This document shows positions 53,112 to 64,000 of a stretch of DNA of 64,000 nt, one piece after another (positions within the stretch are counted from its first letter, which is position 1; the number at the start of each line of letters is the position of its first letter). The position numbers and the translations under genes are program-made. The notes beneath the pieces were generated by a model. That model saw only the letters and a list, made by a program, of their open reading frames with translations. It was not told where the DNA came from and made no database searches. This DNA comes from Bacilli bacterium. GTDB taxonomy: Bacteria; Bacillota_I; Bacilli_A; JBKEDG01. Location of the stretch: assembly GCA_047975285.1 (NCBI GenBank), contig JBKEDG010000091.1, forward strand, positions 18 to 64,017. The letters are read 5' to 3'.

Positions 53112-54614
53112 CTAATGTTTAAAGTTTCTTATGCCAGTAAAAATCAATGTTATTCCATATTCATTACACTTTTTGATTACTTTATCATCATTAACGCTTC
53201 CACCTGTTGATATAATAGTTTTTACCCCATATTTATTTGCAAGCACTATAGCATCATCAAAAGGAAAAAATGCATCACTAGCTAGTATTAAATTATCTAC
53301 AAAACCTTTTTTTCTGGCTGATTCAAGAGCAATCTCACAAGAAGCAATTCTACTTGTTTGTCCAACACCAATACCAACACTCATATTATTTGATGTTACA
53401 ACAATTCCATTTGATTTAATATGTTTACATATTTTCCAAGCGAATAAAACCTCATCTTCATTGTAAACTTTATTGTTACTAACACACTTAATTGTATCAA
53501 GCTTGCTATCATCTACATCTTGTATTAAAATGCCTCCATTAACACTGGTAATATTTTTATTATCTATATACTCATCATTCATTTTAACTTTGAGTATTCT
53601 TATATTCTTTTTCTTTGTTAAAACTTCCAAAGCATTATCACTAAAATCTGGTGCTATTATTATTTCCAAAAATAAGTCGGCTAATTTTAAAGCCACCTCC
53701 TTATCTAATCTACGATTAAAAGTAACTATTCCCCCAAAAATACTTATAGGATCACTTTTAAATGCTTTATCAAAAGCTAACGAAATATTATTAGAACTAC
53801 CTACTCCGCACGGATTTAAATGCTTAATTGCTACACATGTAGGTTCACTATATTCCTTTAATAAGTTTAATCCAGCATTAGCATCTTGTATATTATTATA
53901 ACTTAATTCTTTACCATGTAACTTTTCAGCACTTGTAATTGAGTAGTCTAAATCATTTGATGATTTATAAAACATTGCGCTTTGATGTGGGTTTTCTCCA
54001 TACCTTAAATTGTTAATCAAACTAAAGTTTAAACTTAAGTAACAATCATCTAAATAGGAAGCAATTAAAGCATCGTATTGTGCTGTTAATTTAAACACTT
54101 TTGCCGCCAAATTATACCTTGTTTGCCTTGAAATAATTCCATTATCTTCCAATTCCCTACTTATCAAATCGTAATCATTTACATCACAAACAACTGTTAC
54201 ATGTTCAAAATTTTTAGCAGCACTTCTTAGCATCGTTGGTCCCCCAATATCAATATTTTCAATAGCAACATCAAATTCGCAATTATTATCGATTACTTTT
54301 TTAAATGGATATAAATTTACTACTACTAAATCAATAAATTCTATGTTATTTTTAACTAACTGATCCATGTGACTTTGTTCATCTTTTTTAGCTAAAATTC
54401 CACCATGGATATTAGGATGTAATGTTTTTACCCTTCCATCCAAAATTTCTTCAAATCCTGTTATTTCACTGACAGCTGTTACTTTTATATCATTTTCTTG
54501 TAAAAGTTTAAGCGTTCCTCCAGTAGAAATAATTTCATAATCATTTGTTAATAAATTTTGAGCGAACTGCACAACATTAGTTTTATCACTTACAGATATT
54601 AAAGCTCTTTTCAT
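53112..54614 (-). CDS. purH: Bifunctional AICAR transformylase/IMP cyclohydrolase
   Basis: RALISVSDK, GRVKTLHP, IDIGGP, LRYGENPHQ and ASDAFFPF. Confidence 0.98.
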   Translation of the reverse strand: MKRALISVSDKTNVVQFAQNLLTNDYEIISTGGTLKLLQENDIKVTAVSEITGFEEILDGRVKTLHPNIHGGILAKKDEQSHMDQLVKNNIEFIDLVVVNLYPFKKVIDNNCEFDVAIENIDIGGPTMLRSAAKNFEHVTVVCDVNDYDLISRELEDNGIISRQTRYNLAAKVFKLTAQYDALIASYLDDCYLSLNFSLINNLRYGENPHQSAMFYKSSNDLDYSITSAEKLHGKELSYNNIQDANAGLNLLKEYSEPTCVAIKHLNPCGVGSSNNISLAFDKAFKSDPISIFGGIVTFNRRLDKEVALKLADLFLEIIIAPDFSDNALEVLTKKKNIRILKVKMNDEYIDNKNITSVNGGILIQDVDDSKLDTIKCVSNNKVYNEDEVLFAWKICKHIKSNGIVVTSNNMSVGIGVGQTSRIASCEIALESARKKGFVDNLILASDAFFPFDDAIVLANKYGVKTIISTGGSVNDDKVIKKCNEYGITLIFTGIRNFKH

Positions 54615-55156
54615 AAAATCCTCCTCAATACTTTTGGATACAAAGAATGTTCTAAGTCATGAATTTTTTTGAACACATCTTCTAATGTATCATCATCAGA
54701 TACATTGATACATTCGCATGCAATTACATTTCCAGTATCAACTCCAGAATCTACGAAATGGACACTAACACCAATTTCCTTATCATTATTTGAAAACGCT
54801 CTTTCAACAGCATTTAGACCACGATAATTAGGCAATTTGGAAGGATGTATATTAATAATTTTATTAGAATATTTATCAACAAAATCAGATGAAAATATCT
54901 TCATATATCCAGCAAGAATGATTAATTCAATTTCATATGCTTGTAAAAGTTCTATTATTTTTTTTTCATAATCTTTTTTTGAGTAATTCTCACTTTCCAC
55001 TATCTCATATTTGATACCTATCTTCTGTGCTCTTTTTATTACATATGCATCTTTTTTATTACATATCAAAACTCTAATATTGCAATTTAAATTAGCACAA
55101 GCAAGTGCTTCAAAATTACTTCCGTTTCCTGACGCAAAAATAGCAAGATTTTTCAT
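54611..55156 (-). CDS. purN: Phosphoribosylglycinamide formyltransferase
   Basis: FASGNGSNF, LAGYM, INIHPS.LP and VHFVD.GVDTG. Confidence 0.96.
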   Translation of the reverse strand: MKNLAIFASGNGSNFEALACANLNCNIRVLICNKKDAYVIKRAQKIGIKYEIVESENYSKKDYEKKIIELLQAYEIELIILAGYMKIFSSDFVDKYSNKIINIHPSKLPNYRGLNAVERAFSNNDKEIGVSVHFVDSGVDTGNVIACECINVSDDDTLEDVFKKIHDLEHSLYPKVLRRIL

Positions 55157-56169
55157 ATAAAGTTTACACCTTTTTTATTAATCACTTCTCCCATAATATA
55201 CGCTTCTTCCCCAATATTTTGTAAAAACTCTACTACTTTATTGGCTAACTCATCATTAACAATAAGAATCATTCCAACTCCCATATTAAAAACTTTAAAC
55301 ATTTCATCTAAATTAATGTTTCCAATATTTTGCAAAAATTTAAATATATCTGGAGTCTTAATTTTATCTATAAAAATATTTACTCCTAAATTATCACTAA
55401 GAGCTCTTGGAATATTCTCATAAAAACCTCCCCCTGTCACATGTACCATACCGTTTATTTTATAGTTATCTAAGACACTTAAAACTTGTTTAACATATAT
55501 CTTCGTTGGAGTTAAAAGCACTTCTCCTAATGTTTTTTCAAATGGCTTATAAATTTTTTTTAGATCATAGTTATTATCTTTTAGTAAAATCTTTCTTACT
55601 AGTGAAAATCCATTAGAATGTAACCCGCTAGATGGAATTGCAATCAATTTATTGCCAACTTTTACATTCTCTCCAGTAATAAGGTTGGGTTTTTCAGCGC
55701 ATCCAACACTAAACCCTGCTAAATCATATTGATTATCTTGATATAAATCTGGCATTTCAGCAGTTTCTCCACCTATTAAATTACAGTCAGCTTCTACACA
55801 ACCATCCGCTATTCCCTTCACAATTTGTTCAATTTTATTAGGTACATTTTTTGAAACAGCTATGTAATCTAGAAAGTAGAGTGGTTTTGCACCTTGAACT
55901 ATTATATCATTTACACACATTGCGACCAAATCAATACCAATTGTATTATGCCTATCAATTTTAAAAGCAAGATCAAGTTTAGTTCCAACTCCGTCTGTAC
56001 CACTTACAAGAACTGGCTCTTTATAATTATGAGTAGATAAATCAAATATCCCACCAAAACTTCCAATCATATTTTTTGTTCCTGTTCTGCTAACATGTTT
56101 CTTTATCAGTTCAACACTTTTATAACCTGCATCTAAATCTACTCCAGATTCCTTATATTTATTTGACAT
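55153..56169 (-). CDS. purM: AIR synthase
   Basis: DGVGTK, DLVAMCVND, GGETAEMP, SSGLHSNGFS and HVTGGG. Confidence 0.97.
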   Translation of the reverse strand: MSNKYKESGVDLDAGYKSVELIKKHVSRTGTKNMIGSFGGIFDLSTHNYKEPVLVSGTDGVGTKLDLAFKIDRHNTIGIDLVAMCVNDIIVQGAKPLYFLDYIAVSKNVPNKIEQIVKGIADGCVEADCNLIGGETAEMPDLYQDNQYDLAGFSVGCAEKPNLITGENVKVGNKLIAIPSSGLHSNGFSLVRKILLKDNNYDLKKIYKPFEKTLGEVLLTPTKIYVKQVLSVLDNYKINGMVHVTGGGFYENIPRALSDNLGVNIFIDKIKTPDIFKFLQNIGNINLDEMFKVFNMGVGMILIVNDELANKVVEFLQNIGEEAYIMGEVINKKGVNFI

Positions 56170-56182
56170 ACATTCACCTCAT

Positions 56183-57583
56183 TCATTTTTTAATATTTGT
56201 AAAAATTTCTGTTGGATAATTTTCGTTAAAACAGGCCATACAAAGTCCACATTTATGAAGATTATCTCCTCTAATTGCTTCTTTAATCTCGTCACATTCT
56301 AAAAATTCAAGTGATGTTGCACCAATTTTCTCTCTTAATTGATCTTGTGTAACAGTAGTTGCAATAAGTTCTTCATATGACGATGTATCAACCCCATAAA
56401 AACAAGGGGCAATTATCTTAGGAGATGCTATTCTAACGTGCACTTCCTTAGCACCAGCTGATTTTAACATTTGTACAATTTTTTTTGAAGTGGTTCCTCT
56501 AACTATAGAATCATCTACCATTACTACACGCTTATTAGCAACTAAACTTTTAACTGCAGATAGTTTTAATTTAACACCTAATTCTCGTAAATCTTGCGAT
56601 GGTTGTATGAAAGTCCTACCAACATATTTATTTTTTATTATTCCCATTTCATACGGAATATTGCTTTCTTCAGCATATCCAATTGCTGCGGAAATAGAGG
56701 AATCTGGTACCCCCACTACAATATCTGCTTCGACACCATACTTTTTTGCAAGAATTTTACCAGCATTTTTTCTTGTAGCATGAACATTAATTTCTTCGAT
56801 ATCAGTGTCAGGTCTAGAAAAATATATAAACTCCATAGCACATAAATGCATGTCTGAATTGGCATACATTTCGGACTTAATTCCGCTTTCTGAAATCTCA
56901 ATAATTTCCCCTGGTACTAAATCTCTTATAAATTCTGCACCTACAACATCAAAAGCACACGTTTCACTACTCAAGATATAACCACCTTTTAATTTCCCAA
57001 GAGAAAGCGGTCTAAGTCCCCATTTATCTCTCATTGCATAAACCTTATCTTTAGTTATTAGCAAAAATGCAAATGCACCTTTTAGTTTAGTAAGCGATTT
57101 TTTCAAATCCGTAAATAAATCTCTTGACTTTTCCCTTCTAATCAAATGTGCAATAATCTCAGAATCAGAACTGGAGTGAAAAATACTTCCAAGATCCTCT
57201 AATTTGATTTTTAATTTTTCTGCATTCACAATATTTCCGTTGTGACAAAGTGCAAAAGAATTATTTGTGTTTGTAAAAACAAAAGGCTGCGTATTATCAA
57301 GATTGTTTCCACCAGCAGTTGAATATCTTACATGACCAATAGCAGAATCTCCTACAAGTTTATCTAGTTTTGAATTATCAAAAATCTCTTGTACAAGCCC
57401 TAACCCCTTATGATAGTGAATATTACCATTATCATAGCTAACAATTCCACCACCTTCTTGACCACGATGTTGCAGCGCATGTAGTCCATAATAAGTTAAA
57501 CTACTAGCATTTTCAACATTATAAACACCAAAAACTCCACATTCTTCATGAAATTTATCATCATCGTAATCTAATTTTATCAT
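56183..57583 (-). CDS. purF: Amidophosphoribosyltransferase
   Basis: Propeptide then [30 protein letters not shown] and Fe-S cysteines. Confidence 0.98.
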   Translation of the reverse strand: MIKLDYDDDKFHEECGVFGVYNVENASSLTYYGLHALQHRGQEGGGIVSYDNGNIHYHKGLGLVQEIFDNSKLDKLVGDSAIGHVRYSTAGGNNLDNTQPFVFTNTNNSFALCHNGNIVNAEKLKIKLEDLGSIFHSSSDSEIIAHLIRREKSRDLFTDLKKSLTKLKGAFAFLLITKDKVYAMRDKWGLRPLSLGKLKGGYILSSETCAFDVVGAEFIRDLVPGEIIEISESGIKSEMYANSDMHLCAMEFIYFSRPDTDIEEINVHATRKNAGKILAKKYGVEADIVVGVPDSSISAAIGYAEESNIPYEMGIIKNKYVGRTFIQPSQDLRELGVKLKLSAVKSLVANKRVVMVDDSIVRGTTSKKIVQMLKSAGAKEVHVRIASPKIIAPCFYGVDTSSYEELIATTVTQDQLREKIGATSLEFLECDEIKEAIRGDNLHKCGLCMACFNENYPTEIFTNIKK

Positions 57584-58281
57584 AACTGCTCCAATCTTCT
57601 TAAAATTTCTTCATAAACTTCCTCAACATCTCCAAGGTCTCGTCTAAAGCGATCCTTATCCATTTTTTTATTTGTATTTTGATCCCATAATCTACATGTA
57701 TCTGGACTAATTTCATCAGCTAAAAGCACTTTGCCAGACTCATCTTTCCCAAATTCAAATTTCATATCAACCAATTTAATTCCAATTTTACCAAACAGTT
57801 TCTTTAACAAATCATTTACTTTACTTGCAATGTCATATATTTCGCCTAAATCTTCTTTAGTACATAATTCCATAGCAATTACATGGCTATCATTTATTAG
57901 TGGATCATTTAAATCATCATTTTTATAGCTAAGTTCCATTACAGGGAAACTTAAATCTCTACCTTCAGCAAGACCGTATCTTTTAGCCATTGATCCAGCA
58001 ACAGTATTTCTAACAATTATTTCAAGTGGAATTATATCAACTCGTTTACATAGCTGTTCACGTTCATTAATTTTTTCAATATAATGTGTAGAAATACCAT
58101 TTTTATTTAAGTATTCATATATAATTGATGTAATACTATTGTTTAGTATTCCTTTATTATTAATCTCGCTATGTTTTTCCCCATTAAATGCAGTGGCATC
58201 ATCTTTAAAATGTACCCTAATATTCGTACCACTTTTATATATAATCTTTGCTTTCCCTTCGTATAAAAAATTATTGTCCAT
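57580..58281 (-). CDS. purC: SAICAR synthase
   Basis: LYEGKAK, K.D.L.DP, LVD.K.EFG and [13 protein letters not shown]; ATG at 58281 after GGAGG. Confidence 0.97.
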   Translation of the reverse strand: MDNNFLYEGKAKIIYKSGTNIRVHFKDDATAFNGEKHSEINNKGILNNSITSIIYEYLNKNGISTHYIEKINEREQLCKRVDIIPLEIIVRNTVAGSMAKRYGLAEGRDLSFPVMELSYKNDDLNDPLINDSHVIAMELCTKEDLGEIYDIASKVNDLLKKLFGKIGIKLVDMKFEFGKDESGKVLLADEISPDTCRLWDQNTNKKMDKDRFRRDLGDVEEVYEEILRRLEQL

Positions 58282-61200
58282 TTTTATTTCCTCCATTAAA
58301 ATAGTGCCTTGCGTTCTTCGCTAATGTCTGTTTACATACGTTTGCAATATTTTTATATAGCATTTCATCTACCCTTTCACTATGGGCCATCTTCCCTAAG
58401 ATTTGTCCACACGGTGAAATAATACCTTCGATTGAATAACTAGAATCATTAGGGTTGTCTAAACTTTTTCCAGTAATATTTCCATTTTCATCACAATAAC
58501 AGAATGCCACTTGTCCATTATCAAATAACTTTTTTGCAAGTTCATCGCTTACAACAAATTGACCTTCACCATGACTAATAGGTAATTTATGAGTATCTCC
58601 TATTTCAAACCCATTTAACCAAGGAGAATTAACTGAAACAACTTTTGTAGTAACAAATTGCGATAAATGCCTAGAAATTTTATTTTTAAATAAAGTCGGA
58701 CTAGAACAGTCTACACTATCAAACTTTCCATATGGTAATAAACCACATTTTACAAGAGCTTGAAAACCATTACAAATTCCAATAATTAGTCCACCTCTAT
58801 CAATTAAATTTTCAATAGCTTCTCTGACTTTAGGACTTTTAAGAATTGAGGCAATATACTTACCACTCCCATCTGGTTCATCTGCTGCTGAAAATCCCCC
58901 TGATAATATTAAAATGGTACTGTTATTAATATGGTTTTCCATTTCAATAATAGAATTTTTTATTGCTTGTGTTGATTGATTATTAAAAACAAATATTTCA
59001 GATGGTATATCTTCTTCTAAAAATGCTGCTTGCATATCATATTCACAGTTTGTTCCTGGAAAAACAGGAATAAATGCTTTAGGACTAGCATCATTTGTTT
59101 TTTTAAATTTTTGTCCATACATTTTATTACAAACATTTAAATTATTACTGTTTCTTATTTTATAAAGAACACTGAACTTTTCAGACCAAATATCTTTCAA
59201 GGTTTGTAAATTAAATTCTAAAGTATTAACTTTAAATAATGAACTAGTTTTTCCTAGTAATATTGCGTTAGAATCATTAATTTCTGATGTACTTTCAACT
59301 ACAATTGATCCATAATCAAGATTAAACATATCCTGATTTGTTTCAATATTTACTCCAATATCGTTACCAAAACTCATTTTAATCAGGGCTTCAATTAATC
59401 CATATTCAATACTATAAGCACTCAAAATAGTTTTAGCTTTAATATTTTTTTCCACATCAGCATAAATTTTCTTTAATTGAGTGAAATCTGGAAGCCCATC
59501 ATCAGAAATGTTATGTTTATAAAGATATATGTAATTATCAATATTTTTAAATTCAGGTGAAATAATTTGATCAGTTTTACTTGGACAAAGTGCAAATGAT
59601 ATAAGTGTAGGAATAACATCTAAATTTTGAAAAGTCCCACTCATACTATCTTTTCCACCAATAGCACTAATATTAAGTTCATCTTGAGCATATATACCAC
59701 CAAGCAATGCTTGGAATGGTTTGCCCCATTTTTTTGGATTATCACCTAATTTTTCAAAATATTCTTGAAAGGACAAACGTATATCTTTTAAACTCCCTCC
59801 AGCACTTACAATTTTAGTTACTGAATCTATAACTGCATATATGGCACTATGAAAAGCAGATTTTGATGCTATGCGTGGATTAAAACCATATGATAATATA
59901 CTGCACGTTGTCGTAGATTTAGATAGTACTGGAACTTTTTGAACACTAACCTGTGTTTTTGTTAGATAATTCTTCCCACCATATGGCATAAGTACCGTTG
60001 TTCTACCAATTGTAGAATCAAACATCTCATCTAGCCCCTTCTGACAAGCAACATTATCCTCACGTAATAAACTATACACATTCTCCTTACTTAATTCTTT
60101 TTTTATTTTTAAAATATTTTCAGTGTTAATATTCTCAACGTATACATCATTACTTTTTCTAATACCATTTGTATTAATAAAATCTCTTGAAATATCAACA
60201 ATATAATCATTATTCCACTTGATCTTTAGTCTTCCATTATCAGTTACAAAAGCAACAATATTAGCACTTAAATTTTCATTTTCAGATAACTTTATAAATT
60301 CTTTCGCATCTTCTTTTTTTACTACAACACTCATTCTCTCTTGTGATTCAGATAAAGTAATTTCAGTTCCATTTAATCCTTGATACTTTAAAGGCACAGC
60401 GTTTAAATCGATTTCAATACTATCAGCAATCTCACCAATACTAACAGCTACCCCACCAGCACCAAAATCATTACATCTCTTTATCATCTTAGTCACTTTA
60501 GGATTTCTAAAAAGCCTTTGAATTTTTCTTTCTTCTATGGCATTACCTTTTTGAACTTGTGCACCTAATTTCTCAAGAGATTTTTCGTCATGCGACTTTG
60601 ATGATCCCGTTGCTCCACCTATTCCATCTCTTCCAGTTTTCCCACCAAGTAAAATTATAACATCACCTAGTGTAGGTGTTTCTCTTTTTATATTATCTGC
60701 TTTAATTGCACCTACTACTGCACCTACCTCCAAATGTTTAGCAGTATAACTTTTATCAATAATTTCTCTTACGTAGGTTGTAGGAATACCAATCTGATTA
60801 CCGTAAGAACTATTTCCAAGTGCAGAAAGTTTACTTATTGTTCTTTGAGGCAATTTATATTTTAAAGTATCACTTACTTTTTGAAGTGGATTTCCACTAC
60901 CACTAATCCTCATTGCTTGATAAACATAACTCCTTCCCGATAAAGGGTCTCTTATCGCACCTCCGATGCATGTAGACGCCCCTCCATAGGGTTCTATTTC
61001 AGTAGGATGATTATGAGTCTCATTTTTTAACATCAATAACCATTTTTCAATTTCCCCATCAACATCTACATTAACAAATATACTACTAGCATTTATTTCT
61101 TCACTAACTTCAAGATTATCTAATATTCCAAGTTTTCTTTGGTATTTACTACATATTGTTGCCATATCCATTAAAGTAATGGGATTATTACTTCGACCAA

Positions 61201-61966
61201 GTTCTAATCTAATATCTAAATATCTATTAAAAATTTCTTGAAATTTATACTTGATGTTTCCATTTTCAAATGTAATATTAGTTAATGATGTTTCAAATGT
61301 TGTATGCCTACAATGATCAGACCAATACGTATCTAATAATTTTAATTCTGTCTCAGTTATATCTCTTGATTCACTAACAAAGTATTCCTGTATATATTTA
61401 AGGTCATTTAAATCCATTGCTAATTCATATTGACTTAGTAAATTTTTCAAATTTTCTTCACACATTTTATTAAAACCATTAATTGTCTTAACAACATCAA
61501 CTTCTACATCTAAATCTATTCCAATAACAGATAAATCCTTTTCTCTGCTTTCAACAGGATTTACAAGATAACCTTTTATTCTGTTTAAATCAAAATCATT
61601 AATTCCTTCAAAGATAAATAATTTCCCTACACTAATATCGCCATCAAATTCATCATCAATAAGTTTGATACACTCCATAGCACTTTGGCTACATTGACAA
61701 AATTGCCCTGGTAAAAATTCTGTTGCCAAATATTTACTATCTTTTAAGTCAATTTTATCAAAATAAATATCAGTAACAGGTTCAGTTAAAACTTCATTTA
61801 TATACATATTTATTTTATTGTTATTAACATCAATTAAATCATAAATATTTATTACTCTTATACTTTTCACATGTATTCCTAAATTATCTTCTATATCACT
61901 AATTAACACTTTAGATTCCAAATCAAAATCAGATTTTTTTTCAACAAAAATTCTTTTAGATACCAT
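58271..61966 (-). CDS. purL: Single-chain (large) FGAM synthase
   Basis: [19 protein letters not shown] and a fused glutaminase domain (FPGTNC, GICNGFQ, HSER). Confidence 0.96.
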   Translation of the reverse strand: MVSKRIFVEKKSDFDLESKVLISDIEDNLGIHVKSIRVINIYDLIDVNNNKINMYINEVLTEPVTDIYFDKIDLKDSKYLATEFLPGQFCQCSQSAMECIKLIDDEFDGDISVGKLFIFEGINDFDLNRIKGYLVNPVESREKDLSVIGIDLDVEVDVVKTINGFNKMCEENLKNLLSQYELAMDLNDLKYIQEYFVSESRDITETELKLLDTYWSDHCRHTTFETSLTNITFENGNIKYKFQEIFNRYLDIRLELGRSNNPITLMDMATICSKYQRKLGILDNLEVSEEINASSIFVNVDVDGEIEKWLLMLKNETHNHPTEIEPYGGASTCIGGAIRDPLSGRSYVYQAMRISGSGNPLQKVSDTLKYKLPQRTISKLSALGNSSYGNQIGIPTTYVREIIDKSYTAKHLEVGAVVGAIKADNIKRETPTLGDVIILLGGKTGRDGIGGATGSSKSHDEKSLEKLGAQVQKGNAIEERKIQRLFRNPKVTKMIKRCNDFGAGGVAVSIGEIADSIEIDLNAVPLKYQGLNGTEITLSESQERMSVVVKKEDAKEFIKLSENENLSANIVAFVTDNGRLKIKWNNDYIVDISRDFINTNGIRKSNDVYVENINTENILKIKKELSKENVYSLLREDNVACQKGLDEMFDSTIGRTTVLMPYGGKNYLTKTQVSVQKVPVLSKSTTTCSILSYGFNPRIASKSAFHSAIYAVIDSVTKIVSAGGSLKDIRLSFQEYFEKLGDNPKKWGKPFQALLGGIYAQDELNISAIGGKDSMSGTFQNLDVIPTLISFALCPSKTDQIISPEFKNIDNYIYLYKHNISDDGLPDFTQLKKIYADVEKNIKAKTILSAYSIEYGLIEALIKMSFGNDIGVNIETNQDMFNLDYGSIVVESTSEINDSNAILLGKTSSLFKVNTLEFNLQTLKDIWSEKFSVLYKIRNSNNLNVCNKMYGQKFKKTNDASPKAFIPVFPGTNCEYDMQAAFLEEDIPSEIFVFNNQSTQAIKNSIIEMENHINNSTILILSGGFSAADEPDGSGKYIASILKSPKVREAIENLIDRGGLIIGICNGFQALVKCGLLPYGKFDSVDCSSPTLFKNKISRHLSQFVTTKVVSVNSPWLNGFEIGDTHKLPISHGEGQFVVSDELAKKLFDNGQVAFCYCDENGNITGKSLDNPNDSSYSIEGIISPCGQILGKMAHSERVDEMLYKNIANVCKQTLAKNARHYFNGGNKNGQ

Positions 61967-63038
61967 AAATTCCCTCCAAATATTCCTTTGTCTTTTTTTC
62001 TAGTTTTTCTTTACAATTAGCTACAAAAGTTATATGTCCCATTTTCCTACCACTTTTAACTTCAGTTTTCCCATAATTATGGAATACCCCATCATACTTT
62101 TCAAAATTAGAGTATATTTCACTACCTATTATATTATACATCAAACTATAATATAATAGGTTTGGAGTGACTAATGGTTTATTCGTAATAGCATTAACAT
62201 GATTATCATACTGGCTAACATTACAACTTTCTATTGTGTGATGTCCTGAATTATGTGGTCTCGGTGCCATCTCGTTGAAAATTAATCTATCATTTTTAAC
62301 AAAGAATTCAAGTGCAATAGTCCCACAAACATTTAATTTATCTGCAATTAATTTTACATATTTTCTTGCCTGATTATCTAAATTATTATCAATAACTTTA
62401 CTTGCATACGTAGAAAACAGTATACCTTTTTTATGAGTATTAATAACAAGTGGAAAGTAAACTATGTCTCCACCACGACTTCTTGTTGCTATTATACTTG
62501 TTTCATAATCATATTCTATAAATTCTTCTAGAATACACTCGTATTTAGATGCAAGTTCAAGAGAATCATTACAAAGTTTATCTTTTATTAATACTTGACC
62601 TTTACTATCATATCCACCACTTACTGTTTTCAAGATACATTTATTGCCTTTAAAACATTCTATTAAATCTTGCTCACTTCTAATAATATTATATTTTGTA
62701 GTTGGGATGGATAAGTCAGTAACAAAACTCTTTTCTCTATAGCGATTTTGGCTATAATAAAGTAAATTTGATGCTGGAAATATATCATATTTTTTTTCGA
62801 GTTCGGAAATTATATTATAATTAATATTTTCAAATTCATATGTTACAACATCTACATTAGAGCACATATCTTCAATACATCTTTTATCATTTAATTCACA
62901 TTGATAGTGCTTAGAAGAATATTTAATTATTGGACAATCAGAACTAGGATCTAAACTATATATATTATGATTTTTACTTATAGCAGCTTGCCCCATCATC
63001 ATTCCTAATTGCCCTCCGCCTATTACGCCAATTTTCAT
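61956..63038 (-). CDS. purK: N5-CAIR synthetase
   Basis: GGGQLG.M, TYEFEN, GYD.KGQ, NE.APRPHNSGH and RKMGH. Confidence 0.96.
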   Translation of the reverse strand: MKIGVIGGGQLGMMMGQAAISKNHNIYSLDPSSDCPIIKYSSKHYQCELNDKRCIEDMCSNVDVVTYEFENINYNIISELEKKYDIFPASNLLYYSQNRYREKSFVTDLSIPTTKYNIIRSEQDLIECFKGNKCILKTVSGGYDSKGQVLIKDKLCNDSLELASKYECILEEFIEYDYETSIIATRSRGGDIVYFPLVINTHKKGILFSTYASKVIDNNLDNQARKYVKLIADKLNVCGTIALEFFVKNDRLIFNEMAPRPHNSGHHTIESCNVSQYDNHVNAITNKPLVTPNLLYYSLMYNIIGSEIYSNFEKYDGVFHNYGKTEVKSGRKMGHITFVANCKEKLEKKTKEYLEGIYGI

Positions 63039-63039
63039 A

Positions 63040-63501
63040 CTAAATCACACTCTTTAAAACTGTATCACGCATTGTATTACGATACTTAGTTAATTTAGAT
63101 TTCAAAACCGTATCATTGATGGATAGAATGGAAATAGCAAGTAACCCTGCATTAGCTGCTTGATTAATTGCAACTGTTGCAACCGGTACTCCTTTTGGCA
63201 TTTGAACAATTGACAAAAGTGAATCGATCCCAGATAAAGAACTTGATTTAATTGGAACTCCAATAACAGGAATTACAGTTAATGCAGCAATCATTCCTGG
63301 AAGATGAGCAGCTCCACCAGCACCAGCAATAAGCAAATCGCATTCACATTTTTTTGCATAATCATACATAAAATTTGGTGTCCTGTGTGCACTCACAACT
63401 TTAAATTCACAGTCCACTTCAAAAAATCGGAGCACATCAACACAATCTTTCATAACTTCCCAATCATTTTTCGATCCCATAACTACTGCAACTTTTGCCA
63501 T
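63040..63501 (-). CDS. purE: N5-CAIR mutase
   Basis: MGS..D, SAHRTP, AG.AAHLPG and QMP.GVPVATV; true ATG at 63501 after AGGAGG. Confidence 0.97.
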   Translation of the reverse strand: MAKVAVVMGSKNDWEVMKDCVDVLRFFEVDCEFKVVSAHRTPNFMYDYAKKCECDLLIAGAGGAAHLPGMIAALTVIPVIGVPIKSSSLSGIDSLLSIVQMPKGVPVATVAINQAANAGLLAISILSINDTVLKSKLTKYRNTMRDTVLKSVI

Positions 63502-63511
63502 AATTCCTCCT

Positions 63512-63554
63512 AAAATTAAAAGCATACTTGTCCCCCTACAAAAACAAGTATGCT
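63512..63554 (-). terminator. Riboswitch-controlled terminator of the pur leader
   Basis: AGCATACTTGT...ACAAGTATGCT followed by TTTAATTTT. Its loop-side TTTTGTAG is complementary to the 3' P1 strand CTACAAAA, giving an antiterminator. Confidence 0.88.
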
Positions 63555-63572
63555 AAAATTACCATGCTAATC

Positions 63573-63641
63573 TTTTGTAGTCCTAAAATTTACGGTTTTA
63601 AGGTAGATACGCGTCTTCCATATCAAGACAATTATACAAAA
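63573..63641 (-). ncRNA. Purine (guanine-sensing) riboswitch
   Basis: P1 TTTTGTA/TACAAAA; L2 GATATGG; J2/3 GTATCTAC; L3 CCGTAAA; GAC-TAC with C at the discriminator position. Confidence 0.95.
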
Positions 63642-63873
63642 TATTTACATTAATATTATATCATACTATTTACAATTTCTCTACAGTTTCCATTGTCATG
63701 AGATTATTTTAATATAATTTTATCACAAGCGAAGGCTAAAAATGTTGTAAAAAACCAACGACTATTAACATATGTATACAGAACTTGATCTAAAAACTTC
63801 ACCTAAATTTTTCAATTGATTTTTACTATAAAATAAACATTTGGCAATATATTAAAAAAGAGCAAAAAAAAAG

Positions 63874-63981
63874 ACCGGCAATGTCTAAGTCTCGCACAAA
63901 CGTACTACAATTAGCGCTAAAGTGCTTAACTTCTGTGTTCGAGATGGGAACAGGTGTATCCACTTTGCTTTACTCACCGTT
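63874..63981 (-). rRNA. rrf: 5S rRNA (short, ~108 nt), probably the 3' end of an rrn operon
   Basis: CACCTGTTCCCATCTCGAACACAGAAGTTAAGC core; terminal helix CGGTGA/TTGCCG; ends approximate. Confidence 0.93.
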
Positions 63982-64000
63982 TCTTTTGAAACATCTTGTA

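Overview
Very AT-rich chromosomal segment from a low-GC Gram-positive bacterium of the Bacilli/Erysipelotrichia/Mollicutes-related type. The lineage is inferred from a short ~108-nt 5S rRNA, a single-subunit GlyRS, CIRCE, T-box, PyrR and purine-riboswitch regulation, plus an LPXTG protein and a VanY-type peptidase. Nearly all genes lie on the minus strand. Content is mostly housekeeping: hrcA-grpE-dnaK-dnaJ, glyS-CDF-dnaG-rpoD-trmK-nif3-gloA, uraA plus a TenA-ThiD fusion, pcrA, ispD/ispF/buk, rsmE-mtaB-tag-cinA-zupT, leuS, a Ser-fMet-Asp-Phe tRNA cluster, rpmB, the pur operon and a 5S rRNA. The genetic code is standard (TGA ends many genes, Trp is TGG). The main discovery is two otherwise intact genes, missed or truncated by the ORF track, each with a single in-frame UGA at a redox-cysteine position: a thioredoxin-fold lipoprotein with UPYC (23976-24482) and a 97-aa G-C-U protein behind cstA (901-1194). 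Each has a candidate SECIS-like hairpin, suggesting selenocysteine or other UGA recoding; no sel genes are in the window. Other leads: an orphan ~140-nt structured RNA behind the tRNA cluster, a leuS T-box lacking a normal terminator, an initiator tRNA with two U-U mismatches in its T-stem, tandem variant CIRCE elements, and a repeated leader motif before an internalin-like gene. All family assignments come from motif recognition by eye; no searches were run.
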